Origin: Candidatus Doudnabacteria bacterium
Lineage (GTDB): Bacteria; Patescibacteriota; Doudnabacteria; UBA920
Length of the DNA stretch: 64,000 nt
Assembly (NCBI GenBank): GCA_963768175.1
Contig: CAVYGQ010000001.1
Coordinates: 5,908-69,907 of the forward strand
Direction of reading: 5' to 3'
This document shows, one piece after another, positions 29,927-38,732 of this stretch. The notes beneath the pieces were generated by a model. It saw only the letters and a list, made by a program, of their open reading frames with translations, was not told the origin of the DNA and searched no databases. A program made the translations under genes and the position numbers. The stretch's first letter is position 1, and the number at the start of each line of letters is the position of its first letter.

Positions 29927-30604
29927 ATGGTAATTATTGATTACAAAAAACAATATCACAAACAAATTATCGCCGCGGCGGTAAAAGCTTTAAAAAGCGG
30001 CAAAGCAGTCGTTTATCCAACGGACACCAGCTATGGTTTGGCCGTGGATGCGGGTAACATTAAGGCTATAAAAAAACTATATAAAATTAAAGAACGCCAA
30101 AGCACCCAGCCCGTTCATATAGTGGTGCCGTCTGTGGCTTACGCGAAAAGCATCGTGCAGTGGAATAATTCAGCGTTAAAACTTGTAAAAAAGTTTTGGC
30201 CCGGACCGCTGACTTTAATTTTGTGCCTGAAAGTTAAAGGTATGGGATTAAAAATGCTATCGGCCAAAACTGGAAGCCTTGGTTTAAGAATGCCGGACAA
30301 CCTGATCGCGATGGACTTAGCAAGATATCTTGGCCGGCCGATTACGGCGACCAGCGCCAATGTATCGGGCCGGGCAGATTGTTACTCGGTCAAAGAAATA
30401 ATCGGACAGTTTTCCGCCAAAGGCGGATCCGCCTCCGGCGGAAAAAACCAAAAATACAAGCCCGACATTATCATAAATGCCGGCAAATTGCCCAAGCGTA
30501 AGCCCTCCACTTTAGTCCGTGTTTTTGACGATGTGGTAAAAGTCTTGCGCCAAGGTCCTGTTACTGAAAAAGAAATATACAAGGCTTTAGATATTAGATA
30601 TTAA
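29927..30604 (+). CDS. tsaC: L-threonylcarbamoyladenylate synthase (YrdC/TsaC/Sua5 family), with an in-frame GGCGGATCCGCC palindrome insert
   Basis: AVVYPTDTSYGLAVDA...KERQSTQP...GPLTLIL motifs. Insert at 30413-30440 encodes GGSASGG. Confidence 0.8.
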   Translation: MVIIDYKKQYHKQIIAAAVKALKSGKAVVYPTDTSYGLAVDAGNIKAIKKLYKIKERQSTQPVHIVVPSVAYAKSIVQWNNSALKLVKKFWPGPLTLILCLKVKGMGLKMLSAKTGSLGLRMPDNLIAMDLARYLGRPITATSANVSGRADCYSVKEIIGQFSAKGGSASGGKNQKYKPDIIINAGKLPKRKPSTLVRVFDDVVKVLRQGPVTEKEIYKALDIRY

Positions 30605-30650
30605 GTTTTAGTAAAATGGAAACACAAATAAAATCTAACATCCAGCCAGA

Positions 30651-31805
30651 ATGTCCAATTTATTAAATTTCCGTCTCCCGCACTACTTTTCCAAAGATGT
30701 GCGCAAGGAAATGGGCGAGCTTTACGCTTCCTCGGCCATTTCCAATTTCGCGCTGTCCATAATTACCCTATTTGAGCCGATTTTTTTGTATTCTGTTTTG
30801 CATTTAAAAATTCCCGTCATATTGCTGTTTACGGCGGCGGTTTATTTTGTTTATATTTTGTTAATTCCCTTTGGCGGTAAATTCGCAAGCGCTTACGGCT
30901 ACCGCCACGCCATCGTTTTAAGCGCGCCGTTCCAGATTTTTTACTGGCTGGCGCTGCTTGCCAGCATCGGGCATCCTATGGCCGTGTTCTTGGCCGCGCC
31001 GGTTTTGGCTTTGCAAAAATCCTTTTATTGGCCCGGTTTCCATTCGGTCATGGCCTATTATGGGCAAACCGAACAGGTGGGGCGCGAATTCGGCATGGTC
31101 TATGCCATAGAAAATATTTCGCAAATTGGCGGCCCGGTTTTGGGCGGAATTTTGGCCCAATACTTTGGCATGCCTGCGGCATTTTTAGTGGCCGCGCTTG
31201 TTTATTGCGTGAGTATTATTCCGCTGTTGCTCGCTGCGGAGATTTTTACGCCAAGGGATTACTCGTTTAGGCAGACTTGGGAATTATACAAAAGTTTTCC
31301 TAAAAAATTTGTCGGCTATTTGGGTTTTGGGGATGAGCTTTTTGTATTAACAATCTGGCCGGTATTTATTTACATTATCGTGACTGATTATAAAGACACC
31401 GGCCTGCTTACGGCCGGCGCCGCCTTAATTGCCACGATTACAGCTTTATTTTTGGGGAAAATTACCGACAGTTATACCAAGCGGGTTTTGGTAAAAATCG
31501 GCGCATTTTTTGGCTCAATATTTTGGGTCGGGCGTTATTTTTGCACCAACTTTGTCACGACTTTTACCGCCGACACCCTCTCGCGCACCAGCCGGGAGAC
31601 TATGTTTATCCCGCTGTCCACCTTAACTTACCTCCGCGCCGAGCAAACCCATGTGGTGCCTTATGCCGTATTTTTTGAGCAGTCCTTAGCTATAGGCAAG
31701 CTTAGCGCCTGTCTGCTCGGCGCGTTGCTATTTTATTTAACCAACAGTTTTATGGTATTATTCATAGTAGCAGCGGTGTACAGTTTGCTTTACATGTATA
31801 TTTGA
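30651..31805 (+). CDS. MFS-type membrane transporter
   Basis: About 12 predicted TM helices. Confidence 0.55.
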   Translation: MSNLLNFRLPHYFSKDVRKEMGELYASSAISNFALSIITLFEPIFLYSVLHLKIPVILLFTAAVYFVYILLIPFGGKFASAYGYRHAIVLSAPFQIFYWLALLASIGHPMAVFLAAPVLALQKSFYWPGFHSVMAYYGQTEQVGREFGMVYAIENISQIGGPVLGGILAQYFGMPAAFLVAALVYCVSIIPLLLAAEIFTPRDYSFRQTWELYKSFPKKFVGYLGFGDELFVLTIWPVFIYIIVTDYKDTGLLTAGAALIATITALFLGKITDSYTKRVLVKIGAFFGSIFWVGRYFCTNFVTTFTADTLSRTSRETMFIPLSTLTYLRAEQTHVVPYAVFFEQSLAIGKLSACLLGALLFYLTNSFMVLFIVAAVYSLLYMYI

Positions 31806-32353
31806 TTTTGATGTTCCTGGGTTTTATAATTTTGGGCTTAGTGTTTATTTCCATTCTTGCTTATTTTTTGTTTGTACTTGATGGGTTTTTTGGAGGCTAC
31901 GATTTTACAAGCAGCTCGGCCGTATCAGACAAGGTTATTAAAATTATTTCAGACCGGCGTTTACAGAGCGGTAAATTTTACGATTTTGGCTGCTGCCGGG
32001 GAGGCTTTGCCGTCAGGCTCGCCCGACATTTTCCAAAGTTGCGCATTTCGGGCATTGATGACAGCTGGTTTAGGATTTTTTGCTCAAAAGTCAGGGCGGT
32101 ATTTTTTAAAAATCTTAAGTTTAAAAAACAAGACATTTTTACCGCCGATATTTCCGATGCCGATGTCATCTATCTATATTTACCGCAGGAATTAATGCCT
32201 GCTTTGCAAGCTAAGCTGCAAAAAGAATTAAAACACGGCAGTTTGGTTATTAGCAATTCGGTAAGTTTCGCCAATTGGCAACCGGACGAGATTTTAATTA
32301 CGCATCAAGGCAAGCCGGATTTTAAAAGACTTTTCATCTACGAATTTATATAA
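31802..32353 (+). CDS. Membrane-anchored class I SAM-dependent methyltransferase (putative)
   Basis: N-terminal TM helix and a YDFGCCRGGF motif I-like glycine-rich loop. Confidence 0.45.
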   Translation: MILMFLGFIILGLVFISILAYFLFVLDGFFGGYDFTSSSAVSDKVIKIISDRRLQSGKFYDFGCCRGGFAVRLARHFPKLRISGIDDSWFRIFCSKVRAVFFKNLKFKKQDIFTADISDADVIYLYLPQELMPALQAKLQKELKHGSLVISNSVSFANWQPDEILITHQGKPDFKRLFIYEFI

Positions 32354-32439
32354 TCTTATGCAAAAGACAAAATTGCAAATCAAATATCAAAGTTTAAATT
32401 GGTAAGTTGTGGCGTGCCCGTTTATGGGTGGTTTTTTTC

Positions 32440-32540
32440 GGCGTCATTCTGAGGCAGTAGCAGCCGACGAATAATCTCGTCATCGTCAGTTGATTGAGAT
32501 CCTTCATTCCTCGGATGCACTCGGGATTCAGGATGACGCC
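32440..32540. repeat. MITE-like element, GGCGTCATYCTGA family (copy)
   Basis: ggcgtcattctgagg...ttcaggatgacgcc. Confidence 0.7.
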
Positions 32541-32584
32541 ATCAGAAGTAAATACGTACTCTATAATTTATTAACTATAAAAAT

Positions 32585-33925
32585 ATGAATTACTCAACAA
32601 TAAAGGAAGAAGATCCGGAAATTTATAATTTAATTCAAAAAGAAAAGCAAAGGCAAAAGGAGGGTTTGGAATTAATTCCTTCCGAAAATTACACTTCAGC
32701 CGCGGTTATGGAGTGTATGGGTTCCATTTTAACCAACAAATATTCCGAAGGCTACGCCAAAAAACGCTATTACGGCGGCAATGAGTTTATAGACGGCATT
32801 GAAATTTTGGCCATAGAGCGCGCTAAAAAATTATTCGGCGTGCCTCACGCCAATGTCCAGCCTTACAGCGGCAGTCCGGCCAACCTGGCCGTTTATATGG
32901 CCACCTGCCAGCCCGGCGACAACATTATGGGTTTGGCTTTGCCCGAAGGGGGGCATTTAACCCACGGCTGGAAAGTTTCGGCCACGGCGATATTTTATAA
33001 AAGTACGCAATACCACGTGCGCGAAGACGGCCGGATAGATATGGATGAGCTTTGGAAGCTGGCCAAAGAGCACAAGCCAAAATTAATCTGGGCCGGCGCC
33101 ACGGCTTACCCGTATATATACGAATACGATAAATTTGCGGAAGTGGCCGACAGCGTCGGGGCTTTTTTGGCCGCGGATATCGCCCACGTGGCCGGGCTTA
33201 TCGCCGCCGGCGCGCATCCCAGTCCGGTGCCTTACGCGCACATTATAACCACCACAACCCATAAAACTTTGCGCGGGCCACGCGGGGCCATGATTATGGT
33301 TACGCAAAAAGGGTTGGATAAAGATCCGGAACTTGGCGATAAAGTAGATAAAGCGGTGTTCCCGGGGCTCCAGGGCGGCCCGCACGACCACCAAACCGGG
33401 GCAATTGCCATCGCGCTTAAAGAAGCCGCAACCCCTGAATTTAAAATCTACGGACATCAAATTGTCAAAAACGCGAAAGCTTTGGCCAAATCGTTAAAAG
33501 CCAATGGCATAAAATTAGTGGCTAACGGCACGGAAAACCATTTGCTGCTTCTTGATTTGGTGCCGGTATTCGGTCCGGGCGGCGGGATTTTTGTCTCCGA
33601 AGCTTTGGATGTGGCGGCCATGACGGCCAATAAGAACACAATCCCCAAAGACCCTTCGTCTCCTTTTTATCCCAGCGGAGTCCGTATGGGTAGTCCGGCT
33701 TTGACCACGCGCGGTTTTAAGGAGAAAGAAATGGAAAAAGTGGGGGAGTGGGTTGCCCGGGTAATAAAAAATATAAGCCACTATAAATTGCCGGCGGCCA
33801 AAGAAGAACGCGCCGCTTACATAAATAAGTTCAAAAAGGAAATTAAAGATAACCCCGAGTTGAAAAAGATCAGGGCCGAAATAAAAGAATTAACCGTAAA
33901 TTTTCCGGTCCCGGGAATAGAATAG
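32585..33925 (+). CDS. glyA: Serine hydroxymethyltransferase
   Basis: LELIPSENYTS...TTTTHKTLRGPRG PLP-lysine region. Confidence 0.95.
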   Translation: MNYSTIKEEDPEIYNLIQKEKQRQKEGLELIPSENYTSAAVMECMGSILTNKYSEGYAKKRYYGGNEFIDGIEILAIERAKKLFGVPHANVQPYSGSPANLAVYMATCQPGDNIMGLALPEGGHLTHGWKVSATAIFYKSTQYHVREDGRIDMDELWKLAKEHKPKLIWAGATAYPYIYEYDKFAEVADSVGAFLAADIAHVAGLIAAGAHPSPVPYAHIITTTTHKTLRGPRGAMIMVTQKGLDKDPELGDKVDKAVFPGLQGGPHDHQTGAIAIALKEAATPEFKIYGHQIVKNAKALAKSLKANGIKLVANGTENHLLLLDLVPVFGPGGGIFVSEALDVAAMTANKNTIPKDPSSPFYPSGVRMGSPALTTRGFKEKEMEKVGEWVARVIKNISHYKLPAAKEERAAYINKFKKEIKDNPELKKIRAEIKELTVNFPVPGIE

Positions 33926-33933
33926 AACAAAAC

Positions 33934-33965
33934 TTCTTAAAACCGCGGCCGCGGTTTTAAGAAGT
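33934..33965. terminator. Palindromic terminator CTTCTTAAAACCGCGGCCGCGGTTTTAAGAAG (the same core recurs at 51216-51247)
   Basis: Perfect GC-rich palindrome flanked by A- and T-runs. Confidence 0.6.
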
Positions 33966-33973
33966 AAGGTAAT

Positions 33974-34582
33974 ATGCTTATTGACATTGTCATTTTGCCG
34001 CCCAAAAATATAAGATCAAAAGTCGGCAAAAAAATCCAAGCTGTGGCAAAAGATTATCCGCATCGTTATATTGTGGACAATGTTAAACTTATCCCGCATT
34101 TAAGTTTGTTCCATTTAAGGGTGTCAAAACCGAAGTTGAAGAAGTTAGGACAAGCAGTTGGGAAAATTGTCGGAAAATATCAACCATTCCGATTAAAGTC
34201 CGTTCGTATTGTTAAGTATGAAAAAGATACGGTTTTACATTTTAGAATTTCAAAACCCGCGATTCTTTCCAAATTGAACAGGGAAATTACGGAAAAGTGC
34301 CGTAAATTTAGGGATGGAGAGCTATTTGCTTGGTATAAAAATCACCCTTTCCCGAAGCAGGACAGGCCTTATATAAAAAAGTATGGGTCCTATTGGAGCA
34401 CAGGCAAAAATTTTGATCCCCATTTAACAATGGTTAAATACAAATCTCCTTCAGACGGGCCGAAGATGATTAAGAAAATGGGTAAATTTGGTTTTAATTT
34501 TTTGGCTGACACCGTTGCTTTGTGTGAGATAAATAAACACGGGCAAGTTTATAAAGTTTTAAAACAGTTTAAATTAAAATAA
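33974..34582 (+). CDS. 2H phosphoesterase superfamily protein (LigT-like)
   Basis: Two H-x-T/S-x motifs (PHLSLFH and DPHLTMVK). Confidence 0.55.
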   Translation: MLIDIVILPPKNIRSKVGKKIQAVAKDYPHRYIVDNVKLIPHLSLFHLRVSKPKLKKLGQAVGKIVGKYQPFRLKSVRIVKYEKDTVLHFRISKPAILSKLNREITEKCRKFRDGELFAWYKNHPFPKQDRPYIKKYGSYWSTGKNFDPHLTMVKYKSPSDGPKMIKKMGKFGFNFLADTVALCEINKHGQVYKVLKQFKLK

Positions 34583-35115
34583 TGCCTATTTCCGATCAGA
34601 GTTATTTGAATTGGCAAAGACAATTGTCTGCAAAAAAAATATTCCGCTGGTTTTGGGAATTTTGGGGGCTTTACATTCTCGGATTTTTTTATGCCGGAAC
34701 GGTGTTGTTCTTTTTTCCCCGCTTTAGGATTTTAGCAGTTTTAGCTTTAATTACTTTTTTGTTTGCCAAGTTCGCAGTTAATGACTTAGTTTATTTTTTT
34801 TATAAAAGGCAGCGGCCTTACCAAAAGCTGAATTTTTCCCCGCCGGCTTCGCCGTTTTTCCTTTCCCGGTTGCATAAAAAATTCAACTCCATGCCTTCTG
34901 ACCATGCCGCAAGCCTTATGGCTATCGCTTGCGTCTGTTTGGTATTTTTGCCTTGGCTGGGCGTATTGGGGTTAATGGCGACCATATTAGACGGTGTGGC
35001 CAGGGTGATTTTAGGCTATCACTATCCGTCCGATATTTTAGTCGGCTGGCTGGTGGGGGTATTATCGGCTTTAGCGGTGGTTCATTGGCTTGGACCGCTA
35101 CTCTTTACCCATTAG
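34582..35115 (+). CDS. PAP2 family phosphatase (membrane)
   Basis: PSDHAAS...GYHYPSDILVG PAP2 motifs. Confidence 0.7.
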   Translation: MPISDQSYLNWQRQLSAKKIFRWFWEFWGLYILGFFYAGTVLFFFPRFRILAVLALITFLFAKFAVNDLVYFFYKRQRPYQKLNFSPPASPFFLSRLHKKFNSMPSDHAASLMAIACVCLVFLPWLGVLGLMATILDGVARVILGYHYPSDILVGWLVGVLSALAVVHWLGPLLFTH

Positions 35116-35150
35116 GGGAATTTTGTTAGAATGGTTAAGAACTTAAGTAG

Positions 35151-35235
35151 GCCGGAGTGATGAAACTGGCAAACATACACAACTCAAAATCGTGCGCCGA
35201 AAGGCTTGTGGGTTCAAGTCCCACCTCCGGCACCA
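35151..35235 (+). tRNA. tRNA-Leu (anticodon CAA), class II with a long variable arm
   Basis: Acceptor GCCGGAG/CTCCGGC, anticodon loop CTCAAAA, variable arm GCC-GAAA-GGC, T-arm GTGGG-TTCAAGT-CCCAC, discriminator A and CCA. The ORF-track N-terminus of 'parB' overlaps it and is spurious. Confidence 0.7.
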
Positions 35236-35343
35236 GACTTCGTTAAAGCTTCGTCTGGCCTTCGGCCACTACACTTGCAGCTTTTGCGAAGTCTGTCCGA
35301 CGAAGCCTTGGCGAAGTCGGACCGGTTGAAATATTTAATTTTT

Positions 35344-36375
35344 ATGGACGACATTACCGCACAACCAAACGTTACAATCCAGTCTTTAGACTCTTTAGCT
35401 GTGCCGCAAATCGGTACGCCCGCCTTCGCCAAGGCTTCCGACTTCGCTAAAGCTACGTCGGACAAGTCGGCGGGTGAAGCGGCCTTGCCGGCTGAGCCCG
35501 TCTTGCACGATTTGCCTTCTGCCCCGACATCGGCAACAACATTGCCGGATCCGGAAAAAGTTTCCTACGCCGACGCCAAGATCCAGGAAATTGAAGTAAC
35601 TAAAATTTCCCCCAACCCCTTTCAGCCAAGAAAGGTTTTTGAACCGGCAGCGCTAAGGGAATTGGCTAATTCCATAAAAGAGCACGGCGTAATCCAGCCT
35701 TTGGTGGTTACCCAAACCCCGGTCGGTTACGAGATGGTGGTGGGGGAACGGCGTTTCCGCGCCGCGCAGCTGGCAGGTTTGGAAAAAGTGCCGGCCATCA
35801 TCAAGGAAGCCATGGTGGACCAGACTAAGCTGGAGGTCGCGCTGATAGAAAATATCCAGCGGCAGGAACTAAACCCCATAGAAGAAGCGCAGGCCTATGA
35901 GCGCTTGATGAAGACCTTTAATTTGACGCAGGACCAGGTGGCAAAAAAAGTCGGCAAGAGCAGGCCGGCCGTGGCTAATACCGTCAGGTTATTGAACCTG
36001 CCGGCGGAAATCCAGCGCGCGGTTATAGAAGGCAAGCTTATGGAAGGCCATGCCAGGGCTTTGCTTGGCTTAAACGATCCGGAAAAAATGTTGCTAATGT
36101 ACAAAGTGGTAATTGACCAGAACTTAAACGTGCGGCAGGTGGAAAGCAAAGTCCGCGATTTAATGGCCAAGCGCCAAATGGACTCCGCCGCGCCCGATCC
36201 CAAACTTTTGGCCATGGAAAGCGAACTGCGCGGCAAGCTGGGCACGCAGGTGAAAATCTCGCGCCAGGGGCAGGGCGGGAAAATTACCATTGAATTTTTT
36301 AGCGACGAAGAGCTGAATGAGATTATCCGCAAAATGGCCAAAGAGAATGCGGGGGAAGATTATCTTACTGTATAA
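35344..36375 (+). CDS. parB: ParB/Spo0J family partition protein (no parA adjacent)
   Basis: ParB N-terminal domain (GERRFRAAQLAGL..VPAII) and the HTH region. Start moved downstream of the tRNA-Leu. Confidence 0.8.
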   Translation: MDDITAQPNVTIQSLDSLAVPQIGTPAFAKASDFAKATSDKSAGEAALPAEPVLHDLPSAPTSATTLPDPEKVSYADAKIQEIEVTKISPNPFQPRKVFEPAALRELANSIKEHGVIQPLVVTQTPVGYEMVVGERRFRAAQLAGLEKVPAIIKEAMVDQTKLEVALIENIQRQELNPIEEAQAYERLMKTFNLTQDQVAKKVGKSRPAVANTVRLLNLPAEIQRAVIEGKLMEGHARALLGLNDPEKMLLMYKVVIDQNLNVRQVESKVRDLMAKRQMDSAAPDPKLLAMESELRGKLGTQVKISRQGQGGKITIEFFSDEELNEIIRKMAKENAGEDYLTV

Positions 36376-36566
36376 TATGCCGTTTGTGGAAAATTTTACT
36401 TGACAAAAAATCATTTTGTGATTATACTTCACTTACTTAAATTATTTTGTTTATGAAGAGCTCTCGCCAAAGCTGGATTATCTCCGTTCCGACCCTCTCC
36501 GAAGTCGTCCTTTTTGTTGCGCGTGGGGCAGTAAGGTGAAAGTGTAAAAAGTTTTAACTCACCAAA

Positions 36567-36593
36567 CCTGCCCCGCAAAGGGCAGGTTTTTTT
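36567..36593 (+). terminator. Rho-independent terminator (CCTGCCCCGCAAAGGGCAGG + T7) closing a short promoter-driven unit (promoter TTGACA-17-TATACT around 36402-36430)
   Basis: Seen directly in the sequence. Confidence 0.55.
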
Positions 36594-36760
36594 GAGAACA
36601 TTAATAAAAATAATAGCCGAAATTCGCTAGAGCCTTGGCGAAGGCGGACAAAGCCTAAGTTTACAGTTAGTTGCAATTTTATCCTAAAAGTTTGAGGATA
36701 AGTTTGCAGCTCGTTGTCATCCAGGGCAGAGCTGTCGCAGGACGAAAGTCTGCGGCCCAA

Positions 36761-37241
36761 TCATAGACTGATGGAGGAAACAAGGTGGTGGAAAAGGTCC
36801 CAGTTTGGATTGACGGCCAGAGGGTGTACCTCCGGGTCACGCGGCTTTACTGCCGGCACTGTCGCGCTTTCGAGCGCAAAGTGGTGGTAAACACCAAAGT
36901 CATACCAGACGGCAAGATGGACCTCTTGCCGGATGGCAAAGAAGTGGGGATATGCTTGGGGTGTTACGAATTCGGCCAGTATTTTGGCCGGTCGGAACCG
37001 CTTTTCCAGGCATTCACGCTGATGCCCGTAGCCGCGCGCGTGTGCGAGATGGAACTCGCAACCGTCGCCACCTGATCCGATATAGTGGGCATTAAGATTT
37101 GCGCCGGCGATAGCTAGGCCGACGACGGAGTCTTAACTGGCCCAAATTTGCTGGTCCCAACCAGGAGCCAGCGCTCACAACTCGCTCCGGCGAGTTAACC
37201 CCGAGGGACGTTGTTTGTTGATGGACTATCCAGTCTGTCAT
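36761..37241 (-). pseudogene. GC-rich (~60%) gene of unknown function, frameshifted near 37125-37140. It is a paralog of the 51390..52043 gene.
   Basis: Manual translation of the minus strand gives MTDWIVHQQ...GPANLGQ / DSVVGLAIAGANLNAHYIGSGGDGCEFHLAHARGYGHQRECLEKRFRPAKILAEF...SSISL*, with a GAGGAG RBS. The span length is 3n+1. It shares the motifs YIG..GG..EF...(R)E(R)C..P(A)KI..AE with the 51390..52043 ORF. Confidence 0.45.
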
Positions 37242-37278
37242 TCAGATAGCGTCTCCTCGGGTCGCTGTTTTTCACAAT

Positions 37279-37305
37279 AAAAAAACCGCCTAACGGCGGT
37301 TATTT
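37279..37305. terminator. Bidirectional terminator hairpin CCGCC-taa-CGGCGG flanked by A6 and T-runs
   Basis: Seen directly in the sequence. Confidence 0.5.
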
Positions 37306-37312
37306 TCATTTG

Positions 37313-37386
37313 TGGTCGGGCTGCCGGGAATTGAACCCGGTCTACATGCACCCCATGCATGCGTACTACCGGTATACTACAGCCCG
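37313..37386 (-). tRNA. tRNA-Pro (anticodon GGG)
   Basis: Minus-strand cloverleaf: acceptor CGGGCTG/CAGCCCG, D-arm GTAT/GTAC, anticodon stem CATGC/GCATG with loop ATGGGGT, T-arm CCGGG-TTCAATT-CCCGG, discriminator A and CCA. Confidence 0.8.
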
Positions 37387-37479
37387 AGATTTCGGAATAC
37401 TCCAAACATTATAACTAAAAGCCATATAAATATCAATTATTTTCTTATATAATATCGGTTTTTATGCTAAAATCACTTT

Positions 37480-38055
37480 ATGAACAGGCAAATTATTTTA
37501 GCATCAGCATCGCCAAGAAGGTTGGAGATGTTTAAGCTTTTAAAGATAAAGTTTAAAGTTGTGGATTCGGGATATAAAGAGGTGGTTAACCCTAAACTTA
37601 GCCATAAAGAGCTGGTCCAGTTTTTGGCTTTGGGCAAGGCGCAGGCCACGGCAAAAAAATATCCAAAAGCGGTAATTGTCGCGGCAGACACAATGGTATC
37701 ATTTAAGGGTAAAATTATCGGCAAACCAAAAAATAAGAAAGACGCGGAAAAAATGCTTAAAAGTTTTAGTGGTAAGGCGCAGGAACTTATTACTGGCGTG
37801 GCGGTTTTGGACGCGTCTACCAAACAGGTTAAAGTAGCGGTAGACAAAATTAAAATTTATTTTAAAAAATTATCAGACGCGGAAATATCGGCTTACGTAA
37901 AAAGCGGCGAGCCTTTTGGCAAAGCCGGAGGCTACAACTTACAGGGGCTTGGCTTTAACTTAATTCAGAAAATTGAGGGTGATTTTACCTGCGCCTTGGG
38001 CCTGCCCATGACCATAGTATTTAATGCTTTGGAAAAGTTGGAGGTGGAAGTTTAA
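37480..38055 (+). CDS. maf: Maf-like nucleoside triphosphate pyrophosphatase
   Basis: ILASASPRR...AADTMV...NLQGLG motifs. Confidence 0.85.
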   Translation: MNRQIILASASPRRLEMFKLLKIKFKVVDSGYKEVVNPKLSHKELVQFLALGKAQATAKKYPKAVIVAADTMVSFKGKIIGKPKNKKDAEKMLKSFSGKAQELITGVAVLDASTKQVKVAVDKIKIYFKKLSDAEISAYVKSGEPFGKAGGYNLQGLGFNLIQKIEGDFTCALGLPMTIVFNALEKLEVEV

Positions 38056-38175
38056 TTTTGCTATAATCAAAAGGTCAATATTGTTCGAGTTTGTCGAGAA
38101 TATATTGACCTTAGAGAAAATTTTGGCTTCTCGACAAGCTCGAAGACTAAAATTTTTATCAGTTTTCAGCCAATT

Positions 38176-38700
38176 ATGATCATAAAAGGAGAAAAAGTTA
38201 TACTTCGTCCTATAAGGCTTTCCGACGCCCCGCGGTTTGTGAAGTGGTTTAATGATCCAAAATTCAACAAGTTTATGTTAGTCAGGAAAGCGACTCTGCG
38301 AGAGGAAATTAAATGGATAAAAGATTTGGCGAAAAAGAAAAAAACCGACCTGGTTTTTGCGATTGAAACCGAAAGCGGAAACCATATTGGTAGCGTAGGG
38401 TTACACCAGATTAATAAAGAATATGGCCATGCTACTTTGGGCATAATGATAGGTGGCAGGAGATATTGGAATAAGGGTTACGGAACTGACGCGTCCCGCG
38501 CTATTATCAATTACGGTTTTAAAAAAATGAAGCTTCATCGCATAGGTTTGGATGTATACGAATACAATCCTAGGGCGATAAAAGTTTATAAAAGATTGGG
38601 ATTTAAAATTGAAGGCAGGAAAAGAGAACTGACAAAATTAAATGGAAAATATTATGACGCTTTTTATATGGGGTTGCTCGGGAGCGAGTGGAAAAAATAA
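38176..38700 (+). CDS. GNAT family N-acetyltransferase (RimL-like)
   Basis: GNAT motif A region (IGLDVYEYNPRAIKVYKRLGF). Confidence 0.8.
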   Translation: MIIKGEKVILRPIRLSDAPRFVKWFNDPKFNKFMLVRKATLREEIKWIKDLAKKKKTDLVFAIETESGNHIGSVGLHQINKEYGHATLGIMIGGRRYWNKGYGTDASRAIINYGFKKMKLHRIGLDVYEYNPRAIKVYKRLGFKIEGRKRELTKLNGKYYDAFYMGLLGSEWKK

Positions 38701-38732
38701 TTAATTTAATACATTCATACACGACTGTATGA

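Noticed and set aside
35206-35343. An N-terminal 46-aa extension of the parB ORF
   Set aside because: The extension overlaps a well-formed tRNA-Leu (35151-35235) and a tract of CTTCGCTAAAGCTTCG repeats. The real ParB start is more likely the ATG at 35344.
36785-37075. 96-aa plus-strand ORF (MVEKVPVWIDGQRVY...)
   Set aside because: It lies antisense to the more convincing minus-strand frameshifted gene. High GC inflates the number of spurious ORFs.
36600-37300. A GC-rich, ORF-poor block containing GACGAAAGTCTGCGG and GGTAAACACCA-like strings, suggestive of RNase P RNA (P4 and P10-12 motifs)
   Set aside because: Motif order does not match the bacterial rnpB consensus, and no P4 3' strand or P1 pairing could be built. 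The minus strand translates, across one frameshift, into a 160-aa protein that is paralogous to the 51390-52043 ORF. Protein-coding is therefore the better explanation.
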